DNA from: an uncultured Burkholderiales bacterium
GTDB lineage: Bacteria; Pseudomonadota; Gammaproteobacteria; Burkholderiales; JAEUOS01
NCBI GenBank assembly: GCA_964470865.1
Contig: CAYYFR010000006.1
Span: 14,676 to 78,675, forward strand
Direction: 5' to 3'
Length of the DNA stretch: 64,000 nucleotides
Below the pieces are notes generated by a model. The model saw only the letters and a program-made list of their open reading frames with translations. It was not told the origin of the DNA and did not search any database. Positions 18,504 through 28,309 of this stretch are shown here, in pieces. Each line of letters starts with the position of its first letter. The first letter of the stretch is position 1. The translations under genes were made by a program, and so were the position numbers.

Positions 18504-19346
18504 TCAGCGCCCGGCGCGTGCCATGAACACCAGGCGCTCGAACAGTTGCACGTCCTGTTCGTTCTTGAGCAGGGCACCGTGCAGGGGAGGGATCGCGGTC
18601 TTGTTGTCTTTTGCCTTGAGAGCCTCCGGCGGTATGTCCTCGGCCAGCAGCAGCTTCAGCCAGTCAAGCAATTCGGACGTGGATGGCTTCTTCTTCAGGC
18701 CTGGAATCTCGCGCATCTGGAAAAACACCTCCAGAGCCTCCTTGAGCAGATCTTTCTTGAGACCGGGGAAATGCACGTCGACGATCTTCTGCATGGTTTC
18801 CTTGTCGGGAAACTTGATGTAGTGGAAAAAGCAGCGTCGCAGAAACGCGTCCGGCAATTCCTTCTCGTTGTTCGACGTGATCATCACCACCGGCCGTTGC
18901 AACGCCTTTACCGTCTGGCGGGTCTCGTAGACATAGAACTCCATGCGATCGAGCTCGCGCAAAAGGTCGTTGGGGAACTCGATGTCCGCCTTGTCGATCT
19001 CGTCGATCAGCAGTACCGATTGACGCTCTGCCTCGAATGCCTGCCACAGCACGCCGCGCAGGATGTAATTCTGGATATCCTTGACCTTTTCATCGCCGAG
19101 CTGCGAATCACGCAGGCGCGATACCGCGTCGTATTCGTACAGGCCCTGCTGCGCCTTGGTGGTCGACTTGATATGCCATTGCAGCAGAGGCATGTCCAGT
19201 GCCGCCGCGACCTCTTCAGCCAGCATGGTCTTGCCGGTGCCGGGTTCGCCCTTGATCAGGAGCGGGCGCTGCAAGGTGACTGCGGCATTGACGGCCAGAC
19301 GCAAATCGTCGGTGGCGACGTAGTTTTTGGAGCCTTCGAAGCGCAT
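18504..19346 (-). CDS. MoxR-like AAA+ ATPase
   Basis: Walker A GEPGTGKT and Walker B LLIDEIDKA. Start at ATG 19346 (MRFEGSKNYVATDDL); the upstream ORF part is non-coding-like. Confidence 0.85.
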   Translation of the reverse strand: MRFEGSKNYVATDDLRLAVNAAVTLQRPLLIKGEPGTGKTMLAEEVAAALDMPLLQWHIKSTTKAQQGLYEYDAVSRLRDSQLGDEKVKDIQNYILRGVLWQAFEAERQSVLLIDEIDKADIEFPNDLLRELDRMEFYVYETRQTVKALQRPVVMITSNNEKELPDAFLRRCFFHYIKFPDKETMQKIVDVHFPGLKKDLLKEALEVFFQMREIPGLKKKPSTSELLDWLKLLLAEDIPPEALKAKDNKTAIPPLHGALLKNEQDVQLFERLVFMARAGR

Positions 19347-19506
19347 GGCAGTGTCAGCAGACTGAAAAATGATGTTGTCAAGATTATAGGGTATGCCACC
19401 GCACTGGCGCGACTCGGATTCGCCGGCCTCGCGCAAGCGCGGGCCAGGGGCAGGATATGGCATATACTTCAACGGTTTTGTAGTTCAACAAATACGTAAA
19501 AACTTC

Positions 19507-19848
19507 ATGAACAAATATCTGATTTTGGCCTTGCTGGCGGGCATGGTGGCGGTTTCAGGTGCGAGCGCACAGCAGGCGGGCATGGCAAGCGGCAAGTCCG
19601 GCGGCAAGGCTGCGATGTGCATCGGGTGCCACGGCATACCCGGTTACAAGATGGCCTATCCGCATGTGTACCATGTACCACTGATTGCAGGGCAGAGCGC
19701 CAAGTATCTTGAGGTGGCGCTGAAAGCTTATCAGACCGGCGAACGCAAGCACCCGACCATGCGTTCAATTGCTGCATCGCTGTCCGACAAGGACATCATC
19801 GAGCTTGCGGCCTACTATGGCGGATCCGCACCGGGGGTGAGCAAATGA
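19507..19848 (+). CDS. Monohaem c-type cytochrome (class I) with signal peptide
   Basis: MNKYLILALLAGMVAVSGASA signal, single CIGCH haem motif, distal Met region. Confidence 0.8.
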   Translation: MNKYLILALLAGMVAVSGASAQQAGMASGKSGGKAAMCIGCHGIPGYKMAYPHVYHVPLIAGQSAKYLEVALKAYQTGERKHPTMRSIAASLSDKDIIELAAYYGGSAPGVSK

Positions 19849-20195
19849 TTAGACTGATCAGCGTAGCCATTCTGGCATTCGCAGCCGGCGGCGCGCATGC
19901 GGCGGGCAATGCCGAGCGCGGCAAGCTAAAGGCGCAACAGGTTTGTGCCGCCTGCCACGCAGTCGGCGGCGACTGGAACAAGCCATTGCAACCCGAGTAT
20001 CCGCTCATCGCCGGGCAGCATCGCGATTACCTGGTGACGGTTCTCAATGCATACAAGCAGGGAGACAAGTCGCTGATCGGTCGCAAGAATGCAATCATGG
20101 CCGGCCAGGCGGCGGCGTTGTCGAAGCAGGAGGTCGAGGATATCGCGACGTTCTTGTCCGCAATCCCTGGCCCGCTGCATGTGAAAAAGCACTGA
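19845..20195 (+). CDS. Monohaem c-type cytochrome (class I) with signal peptide
   Basis: Signal MIRLISVAILAFAAGGAHA, single CAACH motif. ATGA overlap with the preceding cytochrome gene. Confidence 0.8.
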   Translation: MIRLISVAILAFAAGGAHAAGNAERGKLKAQQVCAACHAVGGDWNKPLQPEYPLIAGQHRDYLVTVLNAYKQGDKSLIGRKNAIMAGQAAALSKQEVEDIATFLSAIPGPLHVKKH

Positions 20196-20314
20196 CCCGG
20201 AGCAGGGTCGCACGGTGCCGGAAATCGCAGGCATCCGAGCCGGTTTTTGCAACTGGATTTGACATGGCGAACGTGCACTCGCCGGCGGCTGCCTACGCAC
20301 TTGCCGGCGGCAGC

Positions 20315-21232
20315 CTACTTTACGACGATCTTGTTCGCCTTGTTGATCGCGGTGCGTATTTCGGTGATGGCTTTTTCGATCTCGTCGTCGGACAGGTAAT
20401 CGCTTTTCGCAGCTTGCTCGAACCCCTCGATGCGCGACGAAAATCCGTCGATCGGCAGGGTCAAGGTCGAGACCGAATCCGGGCCTGCGGTGTCGACTTC
20501 GTTCCAGCTCATTGCCACCGTTGTCAGATTGTCGGAAGTCGCGCCTGCGCGCCGCTCAGCTTGGGTCATCAGTTCCGGCACAGCGCGCATCACGCTGTCG
20601 TTCAGGAAGGCGGTGGCGATCAGGCGCGAGGGCAGCGGGCCCCAGACGCCGTCACTGCACAGCATCAGCGTATCGCCGGACTGCAGGCGCATGCGCGCCG
20701 ATACTTCAATCTGCGGCGATATGTGGGCGCCAAGGCAATTGAAAATCTTGTTGCGGTCGGGATGCGCGGCAACCGCTTCCTCGCGCACGATGCCCTGCAG
20801 CACGAGTTGCTGCACCCGCGAATGATCGCGGGTCTGGTTCACGATCTGTCCGGCGCGAATCAGGTAAGCGCGTGAGTCGCCGGCGTGCGCCCACCATGTA
20901 TGGCCGTCCTGCACGATTGCCGCGATGACCGTGGTGCGCGGGGTTTCAAGCAGGGCATGCTCTTCGGCATACTGCAGGATCGCGGCGTGCGCGCCGTTGA
21001 GGCTGTCGTTGAAAAACGCCACCGGGTCGGCCAGCTTCGGGCGTGCTTCGCGCTGGTACTTCTGGCCCACGAAGTCGACCGTGATCTGCGCTGCGATCTC
21101 GCCGTGGAGGTGGCCGCCCATGCCGTCAGCGACTATGATCAGCAGCGATTCGCGTGTAAACACATAGCCCATGCGGTCCTGGTTGTACTTGCGACCGCCT
21201 TTGCGACTCTCCTGGAAAATCGAAAATTTCAT
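20315..21232 (-). CDS. PP2C-family Ser/Thr protein phosphatase
   Basis: NQDRMG, VADGMGGH and SDGV metal-binding motifs. 305 aa with an acidic C-terminal extension. Confidence 0.85.
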   Translation of the reverse strand: MKFSIFQESRKGGRKYNQDRMGYVFTRESLLIIVADGMGGHLHGEIAAQITVDFVGQKYQREARPKLADPVAFFNDSLNGAHAAILQYAEEHALLETPRTTVIAAIVQDGHTWWAHAGDSRAYLIRAGQIVNQTRDHSRVQQLVLQGIVREEAVAAHPDRNKIFNCLGAHISPQIEVSARMRLQSGDTLMLCSDGVWGPLPSRLIATAFLNDSVMRAVPELMTQAERRAGATSDNLTTVAMSWNEVDTAGPDSVSTLTLPIDGFSSRIEGFEQAAKSDYLSDDEIEKAITEIRTAINKANKIVVK

Positions 21233-21244
21233 CGTATCGGCTGC

Positions 21245-22225
21245 TTATTTCATCGAGTCGGGTTTTTCGCCATCGCGAACCACCGGGCGCGCCAGGTCAT
21301 CGAACATGCGCTTGAATCCCCCGAGCATGGACGGCCTTTGGGGTTCCGGAATGCGGTTCTCAACGATCGCCTTCTGCAGGCTGAAGACGCTTTGCGGCCG
21401 CTTCAGGTAATCCATTTCGAGGCACCAGTCGATGATCTCCAGAAGGTCCTTGGAATACTTGCCCTTGAAAGTTTTGACCACCGGCTGCATGCGGTCCTTT
21501 TCGAGACGCTGATCCGCTGCCTGCGGAGCCATGCCGGAAAGGCAGGCGAACATGGAAGCGCCGATCGAATAAATGTCGGTCCACGGGCCGAGAGTGTCGC
21601 GATTCTTGTATTGCTCGGGTGCGGCGAAACCCGGGGTATACATCGGATTGAGTTTCGGGGCGTCGGTGATCAAGGTCTGCCGCGCGGCTCCGAAATCGAG
21701 CAAAACGGGAATGCCGTCGTTGCGGATGTAGATGTTCGCCGGCTTGAGGTCGAAGTGCAGCAGCTTGTTGGTATGCACTTCGCGCAGGCCGTTCATCAAT
21801 TGGACGAAGACGTGCCGGATGAAGTTTTCCTTGATTTCGCCCTTGCGCTGCACGATGTGCTCCTGCAGCGTGCGCCCGCGCTCGTACTGCATCACCATGT
21901 AGACCGTCTCGTTGGCCCGAAAGAAATTGATGACTCGCACCACGTTCGGATGGGAGATTCGCGCCAATGCGCGGCCCTCCTCGAAAAAGCATTTCATGCC
22001 GTAGCGAAACAGGTTGACGTGTTCCGGTGTAATGGTCGGCAGGATCTGACCCTGCCCGCGCAACGAGAGTCCGGCCGGCAGATACTCCTTGATCGCCACC
22101 GGCGAACCGTACTCGTCATAGGCCAGATAGACGATCGAAAACCCGCCGGACGCAATCGGTCGGGCTATACGGTAATTCTCGAGAATCGTGTTTTCCGGCA
22201 ACGCCGAATTCGACTGTGCGGCCAT
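21245..22225 (-). CDS. Hanks-type Ser/Thr protein kinase (kinase domain only)
   Basis: GGFSIVY glycine loop, VAIKEY, HFDLKPANI catalytic loop, DFGAAR, APE-like PGFAAPE. Start set at ATG 22225 because the longer ORF overlaps divergent yicC. Confidence 0.85.
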   Translation of the reverse strand: MAAQSNSALPENTILENYRIARPIASGGFSIVYLAYDEYGSPVAIKEYLPAGLSLRGQGQILPTITPEHVNLFRYGMKCFFEEGRALARISHPNVVRVINFFRANETVYMVMQYERGRTLQEHIVQRKGEIKENFIRHVFVQLMNGLREVHTNKLLHFDLKPANIYIRNDGIPVLLDFGAARQTLITDAPKLNPMYTPGFAAPEQYKNRDTLGPWTDIYSIGASMFACLSGMAPQAADQRLEKDRMQPVVKTFKGKYSKDLLEIIDWCLEMDYLKRPQSVFSLQKAIVENRIPEPQRPSMLGGFKRMFDDLARPVVRDGEKPDSMK

Positions 22226-22337
22226 GTTGCTCGCTGGTACTCCCGGCCTGCTCTTATAATCACAAGTCCTAAGGTTATTGTAACCAAATTGACTCGCGTC
22301 TTCGTCAGGTGATGCTGGTATGACAGGAAGTTTTGGA

Positions 22338-23210
22338 TTGATTCTTTCGATGACCGGGTATGGTGTGGCGACAGCGGAGTTCACCCACGGTGCGCTGTCG
22401 CTTGAGGTCAAAAGCGTGAACTCGCGTTTTCTCGACATCACTTTCCGGATGAACGACGAGATGCGCGCACTCGAGCCGATTCTGCGCGAACTCATCACCG
22501 CATCCGTATCGCGAGGCAAGGTTGAAATGCGACTCGGCTATGCGCGCGACAGCGCGGCCCGCACGGCCCGTCCGCTGGCGGTCAATGCGATGGCTGTACA
22601 ACGCCTGGCTGCTGCGGCCGACGAGATCAGACGCCTGCTGCCAGGGGTCCGTGCCCTGGCCACCCGCGAGATTCTCGAATGGCCCGGCGTGCTCGAGGAC
22701 GCGAGCCTGGCGCCGGATGCACTGCGCGCCGCGGCGCTGACCCTGGCGCGCGACGCGCTTGCCGAGTTCCGCGCTTCACGTGAGCGCGAGGGCGGCAAAC
22801 TCAAGGCCATGCTGGTCGAGCGGGTTGCGGCGATCGAAGCCTGGGTGCGAAGGATTGAGCCATTGCTGCCGCAGATCGTGGCGGAGCATCACGCCAGGCT
22901 CGCCGCACGCCTGCGCGATGCACTGGGCGCAGCCGACGACGAGCGAGTTCGGCAGGAAGTCGCACTCTTCGGCATACGCATTGACGTGGCCGAGGAGCTG
23001 TCGCGCCTGCATGCGCACCTGGGCGAGGTGAGCCGTGTGCTCGAGGCGGGCGGCGTCAGTGGCAAGCGGCTGGACTTCCTGATGCAGGAACTGCATCGCG
23101 AGGCCAACACACTGGGCTCGAAGTCGGTATCGCCCGAAGTCTCGGGGTACGCGATGGAAATCAAGATCCTGATCGAGCAGATGCGCGAGCAGGTGCAAAA
23201 CATCGAGTGA
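22338..23210 (+). CDS. yicC: YicC-family stress-induced protein
   Basis: Canonical N-terminus (M)ILSMTGYG if TTG 22338 is used (AGGAAG 8 nt upstream). Alternatives are ATG 22320 or 22350. C-terminal DUF1732-like EANTLGSKS motif. Confidence 0.85.
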   Translation: MILSMTGYGVATAEFTHGALSLEVKSVNSRFLDITFRMNDEMRALEPILRELITASVSRGKVEMRLGYARDSAARTARPLAVNAMAVQRLAAAADEIRRLLPGVRALATREILEWPGVLEDASLAPDALRAAALTLARDALAEFRASREREGGKLKAMLVERVAAIEAWVRRIEPLLPQIVAEHHARLAARLRDALGAADDERVRQEVALFGIRIDVAEELSRLHAHLGEVSRVLEAGGVSGKRLDFLMQELHREANTLGSKSVSPEVSGYAMEIKILIEQMREQVQNIE

Positions 23211-23288
23211 TGCCAAAGATGCCTTCGCGTGTTCGACTGCCTGCGTTGCATCCCCGCTGATACGTCATCGGTCAGCGGATCGGCGCGA

Positions 23289-23909
23289 ATGCTCGGCTCC
23301 CTTTTCATAGTCTCGGCGCCTTCGGGCGCGGGAAAGTCGACCCTCGTCAACGCGCTTCTGGCCGAGGATGGGCAGCTTTGCCTTTCGGTCTCGCACACTA
23401 CGCGGGCGCCTCGCGGTGCGGAAATCGACGGCCGTGAATACCATTTTGTGACGCCTGAGGTTTTTGTCGCGATGCGCGAACGCGGTGAATTCCTCGAAAG
23501 CGCGGAAGTGCACGGCAATCTCTATGGCACCTCGCGGCCCTGGATCGAAGCGCAAATCGCCGACGGCCGTGACGTGGTTTTCGAGATCGATTGCCAGGGT
23601 GCCGAGCAACTGCGCGCGGTTTTTCCCGCGGCGCTTGCCATCTTCATTCTGCCACCCTCGATGAGCGAACTCGAACGGCGCTTGCGCGGTCGCGGCACCG
23701 AAGACGAGGAGATCGTCGCCCGACGTTTGCGCGCTGCCGTACTCGAGATGCGTCGCGCGCCGAACTTCGACTATGTTATCATCAACTCCGATCTCTCCGA
23801 TGCGCTGAAGCGTCTGCAAAGCGTTGTGACCGCTGCCCGTCAGCGAGTCCCCCAGGTCGGCGCCCGCGAACATGAGTTGTTCGCGAACCTCAGTATCAAC
23901 ATCATTTAA
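23289..23909 (+). CDS. gmk: Guanylate kinase
   Basis: P-loop [11 protein letters not shown] and conserved YHFV..F and GNLYGT motifs. Classic gmk-rpoZ-spoT order. Confidence 0.9.
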   Translation: MLGSLFIVSAPSGAGKSTLVNALLAEDGQLCLSVSHTTRAPRGAEIDGREYHFVTPEVFVAMRERGEFLESAEVHGNLYGTSRPWIEAQIADGRDVVFEIDCQGAEQLRAVFPAALAIFILPPSMSELERRLRGRGTEDEEIVARRLRAAVLEMRRAPNFDYVIINSDLSDALKRLQSVVTAARQRVPQVGAREHELFANLSINII

Positions 23910-23920
23910 GCGTCGTCCAC

Positions 23921-24127
23921 ATGGCCAGAATCACTGTCGAAGATTGTTTGCAGAAAATACCCAACCGGTTTCAGTTGACGCTGGCCGCCACCTATCGGGC
24001 GCGTCAACTCGCGCAAGGTGCTACACCCAAGCTCGAAGGCAGCCGCGACAAGCACACGGTGACCGCGCTGCGCGAGATCGCATCCGGGCATGTCGGCGTG
24101 GAGATGCTCAGGCACGTAAAAGCCTGA
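23921..24127 (+). CDS. rpoZ: DNA-directed RNA polymerase subunit omega
   Basis: [30 protein letters not shown] is the canonical RpoZ N-terminus. Confidence 0.95.
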   Translation: MARITVEDCLQKIPNRFQLTLAATYRARQLAQGATPKLEGSRDKHTVTALREIASGHVGVEMLRHVKA

Positions 24128-24155
24128 CGCGGACGGCCGGCGCGGTGCGATCCAC

Positions 24156-26405
24156 ATGGAACCCGGCAGGCCCCGTCTAACGACGCTTGCACCGGTAGTC
24201 GATCTGGCTGAAGCGCGCGAGCGGCTCGCGCCGCAGCGTTTGGCCGTGGGCACTGGTGAGCTTTCCAGCAAGGCCGCGCAGCTGGAGGCTTTCACCGCAA
24301 GTCTGGCGTCGTACCTCAAGCCGGCCGACATCGATCGGATCGTCCAGGCTTACGCCTACAGCGAATCCGCGCATCAGGGTCAGATGCGCGCCAGTGGTGA
24401 AGAGTACATCACCCACCCGCTGGCTGTGGCCACGATCTGCGCCTCCTGGAAACTCGACGTGCAGGCCTTGCTTGCGGCCCTGTTGCACGACGTAGTCGAA
24501 GATACCGGCATCACCAAGGACCACATCGCCGAGCGATTCGGGGCGGCTGTCGCCGAATTGGTCGACGGTGTCTCCAAGCTCGACAAGATCGAATTTCAAA
24601 GTCAGGAAGATGCGCAGGCGGAGAACTTCCGCAAGATGCTGCTGGCCATGGCACGCGATGTGCGGGTCATGCTGATCAAGCTGGCCGATCGGCTGCACAA
24701 CATGCGCACGCTCTCGGCTCTCAAGAGCCCGAAACGGCGGCGCATCGCGCGTGAGACGCTTGACATCCATGCGCCGATCGCGCACCGCCTTGGTCTCAAT
24801 CAGGTGTACCGGGAACTGCAGGATCTGAGCCTCGCCAACCTGTACCCGCATCGCTTCGCGGTCATTTCCAAGGCGGTCAAGGCCGCGCGCGGCAATCGTC
24901 GCGAAGGCATCGGCAAGATTCTCGAAACCATCCAGCGCGCCCTTCCGGAAACCGGAATCAATGCGCAGGTATATGGCCGCGAAAAGCACCTCTACGGCAT
25001 CTATCGCAAGATGGTCGAAAAGCACCTGACGTTTTCCCAGGTGCTCGATATCTATGGGTTTCGCGTGGTTGTCCCTGACGTGGCGGCCTGTTATCTGGCA
25101 CTCGGGGCCCTGCACAGCCTATACAAACCGGTGCCGGGCAAGTTCAAGGATTACATAGCTATCCCCAAGGTCAATGGCTACCAGTCCCTGCATACCACCT
25201 TGATCGGGCCCTATGGCACGCCGGTGGAAATGCAAATACGCACGGCTGAAATGCATCGCATTGCGGAGGCAGGCGTGGCTGCGCACTGGCTATACAAAAG
25301 CGATGACGCGCCGATCTCGGAAGTGCAGAAAAAGACCCACAAGTGGCTGCAGTCGCTGTTGGACATACAGAGCAACTCGCGCGATGCGGCGGAATTTCTT
25401 GAACACGTCAAGGTCGACCTGTTTCCCGATGAGGTCTACGTGTTCACCCCCAAGGGGCGAATCATGGCCCTGCCGCGTGGCGCAACGGCGGTCGATTTCG
25501 CTTACACCGTCCACACCGATGTCGGCGATCAGACTGTCGGCGTCAAGATCAATGGCGAATCGATGCCGCTGCGCACGGAATTGAAGAGCGGCGATTTGGT
25601 CGAAATCATTACGTCAACCGGGTCGCAGCCGAATCCAGCATGGCTCGGTTTCGTGCGCACCGGCAAGGCGCGTGCGCACATTCGCCATTACATGAAGACG
25701 GTCAAGTACGAGGAGTCCGTGGGTCTCGGTCAGAGACTTCTAGAGCAAGCCCTGCGCACCCTCGGCATCGGCCAAGGCAGCCTTGATGCAAGTGGCTGGG
25801 ACAGGATGATACGCGATGCCGGAGCGAAATCACGCCAGGACCTGTATGCGGATATCGGATTGGGCAAGCGTCTCGCCGCGGTTGTCGCGCGCAGGCTGGC
25901 GGCTGCCGCCGGCATTGACAGCGCGGTGGCGGATGGTCGCATCGATGCGCGCCCGGCGCCGGTCACCATTCGTGGCGCCGATGGCATGGCGGTACAACTG
26001 GCGCAATGCTGCCGACCCATTCCGGGCGACCCGATCATCGGCCATATCAGCAAAGCGCAGGGATTGGTGATTCACACCCACGACTGCAAGACGATCGCCA
26101 AGTCGCGTCGCAAGGAGCCGGACAATTGGGTCGATGTCGAATGGGATCCGGAACCGGACAAACACTTCATTGTGAGCATTCGAGCGTTGGTGACCAATGG
26201 TCGCGGCATACTCGCAAAGGTGGCGTCCGAACTGACCGCCACCGACACCAACATAACAAATGTGCATACCGAGGACGATGAGACCGGCAATTACGCCATC
26301 ATGGAATTCGCCATCGAGGTGGCGGACCGGGCCCATCTGGCGCGGGTCATGCGCGCCTTGCGACGCTTGCAGGAAGTGGTGCGCATCAACCGCATAAAGA
26401 GCTGA
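24156..26405 (+). CDS. spoT: Bifunctional (p)ppGpp synthetase/hydrolase SpoT/RelA-family
   Basis: HD hydrolase domain (HPLAVA...LLHDVVEDT), RelA/SpoT synthetase domain, TGS and ACT C-terminal regions. The exact start is uncertain. Confidence 0.9.
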   Translation: MEPGRPRLTTLAPVVDLAEARERLAPQRLAVGTGELSSKAAQLEAFTASLASYLKPADIDRIVQAYAYSESAHQGQMRASGEEYITHPLAVATICASWKLDVQALLAALLHDVVEDTGITKDHIAERFGAAVAELVDGVSKLDKIEFQSQEDAQAENFRKMLLAMARDVRVMLIKLADRLHNMRTLSALKSPKRRRIARETLDIHAPIAHRLGLNQVYRELQDLSLANLYPHRFAVISKAVKAARGNRREGIGKILETIQRALPETGINAQVYGREKHLYGIYRKMVEKHLTFSQVLDIYGFRVVVPDVAACYLALGALHSLYKPVPGKFKDYIAIPKVNGYQSLHTTLIGPYGTPVEMQIRTAEMHRIAEAGVAAHWLYKSDDAPISEVQKKTHKWLQSLLDIQSNSRDAAEFLEHVKVDLFPDEVYVFTPKGRIMALPRGATAVDFAYTVHTDVGDQTVGVKINGESMPLRTELKSGDLVEIITSTGSQPNPAWLGFVRTGKARAHIRHYMKTVKYEESVGLGQRLLEQALRTLGIGQGSLDASGWDRMIRDAGAKSRQDLYADIGLGKRLAAVVARRLAAAAGIDSAVADGRIDARPAPVTIRGADGMAVQLAQCCRPIPGDPIIGHISKAQGLVIHTHDCKTIAKSRRKEPDNWVDVEWDPEPDKHFIVSIRALVTNGRGILAKVASELTATDTNITNVHTEDDETGNYAIMEFAIEVADRAHLARVMRALRRLQEVVRINRIKS

Positions 26406-26535
26406 GCGCGGCAACAGTCTTCAAGAAGTCGCGTAGGGCGTGATCGGGGGATTCGCAAACGAAACTTCGCGATGGCCGATCTGTGCGGGACCTTTTCATG
26501 CCTGATCAGCACGTACCTGTATCAGACCAGCGGAT

Positions 26536-26577
26536 GCGCACTGCGGAATCCGGAAATCCGGCGATTCCACAGTGCGC
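26536..26577. other. Long imperfect hairpin in the spoT/qor convergent gap
   Basis: GCGCACTGCGGAATC (26536-26550) pairs with GATTCCACAGTGCGC (26563-26577) at 14 of 15 positions, with a 12-nt loop. No U-tract on either strand. Confidence 0.4.
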
Positions 26578-26618
26578 AAAAACTTCATACGCCAATGACT
26601 GGCTTGCTCGGTTACATT

Positions 26619-27596
26619 TCAGGGCAGCAGAACCGTCGAACCGGTGGTCTTGCGGCCTTCCAGATCGGCTTGTGCCAAGCCGGCATCCTTGAGCGCATAG
26701 CGATGATTGATGTTGACCTTGACCTGGCCGCTCGCCACCACGCCAAACAGGTCGGTGGCCATGCTTTCCAGGCGGGCGCGCTCGGCCACGTAGGTCATCA
26801 GCGTCGGCCGTTGCACATAGATCGAGCCCTTTTGCGACAGCACGCCCAGATTCACCGGCGGCACCGCGCCCGATGCGTTGCCGAAACTGATCATGTAGCC
26901 GAGCGGACGCAGACAATTGAGCGAGCTGTCCCAGGTATCCTTGCCAACCGAGTCATACACCACCGGCACGCCTTTGCCGCTGGTGATTTCCTTGACCCGT
27001 GCCGTGGTGTCTTCACGCGACGTGACGATGGTGTGCGTGCAACCGTAGGCGCGCGCGACCTCTGCCTTGGCGTCGCTGGATACCGTGCCGATTACGGTCA
27101 CGCCCAGCGCCTTGAGCCACTGCATCGCGAACAGGCCGACGCCGCCGGCGGCCGCCGTCCAGAGCACGGTATCGCCCGCCTTGACCGCATAGGACTGCTT
27201 GATCAGGTACTGCACCGTCATCCCTTGCAGCATCATGGCCGCGCCCTGCTCGAAGCTGATCGCCTCTGGCAGCTTGACCAGCACGCCGGCCGGCATCACC
27301 CGCGCCTCAGCATAGGCGCCATTGCCGCCACCGGCATAAGCCACTCGATCACCGACCTTGACATGCGTTACATCGGCACCGACCGCTTCAACCACCCCTG
27401 CACCCTCGGAGCCAAGCCCTGCGGGCATTGAAGGTGACGGATACAACCCGGTGCGAAAGTAGATGTCGATGAAATTCAGGCCCACCGCGTGGTGCCGAAC
27501 CCGAGCCTGGCCGGGACCGGGATCGCCGACTGCGACTTCTTCCCAGACCAGAACTTCCGGTCCGCCGTTCTTGTGGATACGAATCGCCTTGGGCAT
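26619..27596 (-). CDS. qor: NADPH:quinone oxidoreductase (zeta-crystallin/MDR family)
   Basis: 325 aa. MPKAIRIHKNGGPEVL..., nucleotide-binding AAAGGVG motif. Confidence 0.85.
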   Translation of the reverse strand: MPKAIRIHKNGGPEVLVWEEVAVGDPGPGQARVRHHAVGLNFIDIYFRTGLYPSPSMPAGLGSEGAGVVEAVGADVTHVKVGDRVAYAGGGNGAYAEARVMPAGVLVKLPEAISFEQGAAMMLQGMTVQYLIKQSYAVKAGDTVLWTAAAGGVGLFAMQWLKALGVTVIGTVSSDAKAEVARAYGCTHTIVTSREDTTARVKEITSGKGVPVVYDSVGKDTWDSSLNCLRPLGYMISFGNASGAVPPVNLGVLSQKGSIYVQRPTLMTYVAERARLESMATDLFGVVASGQVKVNINHRYALKDAGLAQADLEGRKTTGSTVLLP

Positions 27597-27704
27597 GTGT
27601 TGCTCCTTGAAAGGGATGAAAAAACGAAAGGCGCAGAGAATACCACCGTGCGACCGGGTTCACGGCATAATTGTCGGTACAACGCATACCCATGGAGACA
27701 GCAA

Positions 27705-28283
27705 ATGAAACTCGCATACTTGTTTGGAGTGGTGGCGCTGGTCTGCTGCAGCGCGGGCGCACACGCGGTCGAAGTCGGCGGAGTTGCGGTAGCCGATACG
27801 ATCAAGCTTGGCGGCGCCGATCTGGTGCTCAATGGCGCCGGAATCCGTACCCGGGCGGTTTTCAAGGTGTATGTCGGCGCCCTCTACCTGACCGAGAAGA
27901 AATCGGCGGCTGCCGAGGCGATGGCGCAGCGCGGTCCCAAGCGCGTGGCCTTGCACATGCTGCGTGACCTGACGGCCGAGCAACTCGGTGGCGCCTTGAA
28001 CGACGGCCTTGCAGCCAACCTGTCGGAGGCTGAGCGCACGCAGTTCAAGTCGCAGATTGACGAACTCAAGGCGACCATGGATGCGGTTGGCGCAGCCAGG
28101 GAGAAAAGCGTGGTCACGCTCGACTACCTGCCGGACGCGGGAATTCGCATCGCCATCGACGGCGCGACGCGCGGCAAGTCGATTGCGGGCGAGGAGTTTT
28201 ACCGCGCCTTGCTGAAAATCTGGCTAGGCGACAAGCCCGTGGATCGCGCCCTCAAGGCAGGCATGCTCGGTCAGCCTTCCTGA
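27705..28283 (+). CDS. Chalcone isomerase-like family protein, secreted
   Basis: Signal peptide MKLAYLFGVVALVCCSAGAHA, then LNGAGIRTRAVFKVYVGALYL, typical of bacterial chalcone-isomerase-like proteins. Confidence 0.7.
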   Translation: MKLAYLFGVVALVCCSAGAHAVEVGGVAVADTIKLGGADLVLNGAGIRTRAVFKVYVGALYLTEKKSAAAEAMAQRGPKRVALHMLRDLTAEQLGGALNDGLAANLSEAERTQFKSQIDELKATMDAVGAAREKSVVTLDYLPDAGIRIAIDGATRGKSIAGEEFYRALLKIWLGDKPVDRALKAGMLGQPS

Positions 28284-28309
28284 CCGAAGCGACATCGCGA
28301 TCAAGGTTC

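Noticed and set aside
20885-22312. 475-aa plus-strand ORF
   Set aside because: It is antisense to the PP2C phosphatase and Ser/Thr kinase genes, both of which have unmistakable catalytic motifs. No recognisable motifs of its own. The same reasoning rejects 6770..8020, 12639..13844, 24177..25115, 48524..49504 and similar ORFs.
21245-22519. Long form (424 aa) of the Ser/Thr kinase
   Set aside because: The extra 98 codons would overlap the divergent yicC coding region and its promoter. The kinase glycine loop begins shortly after Met 22225.
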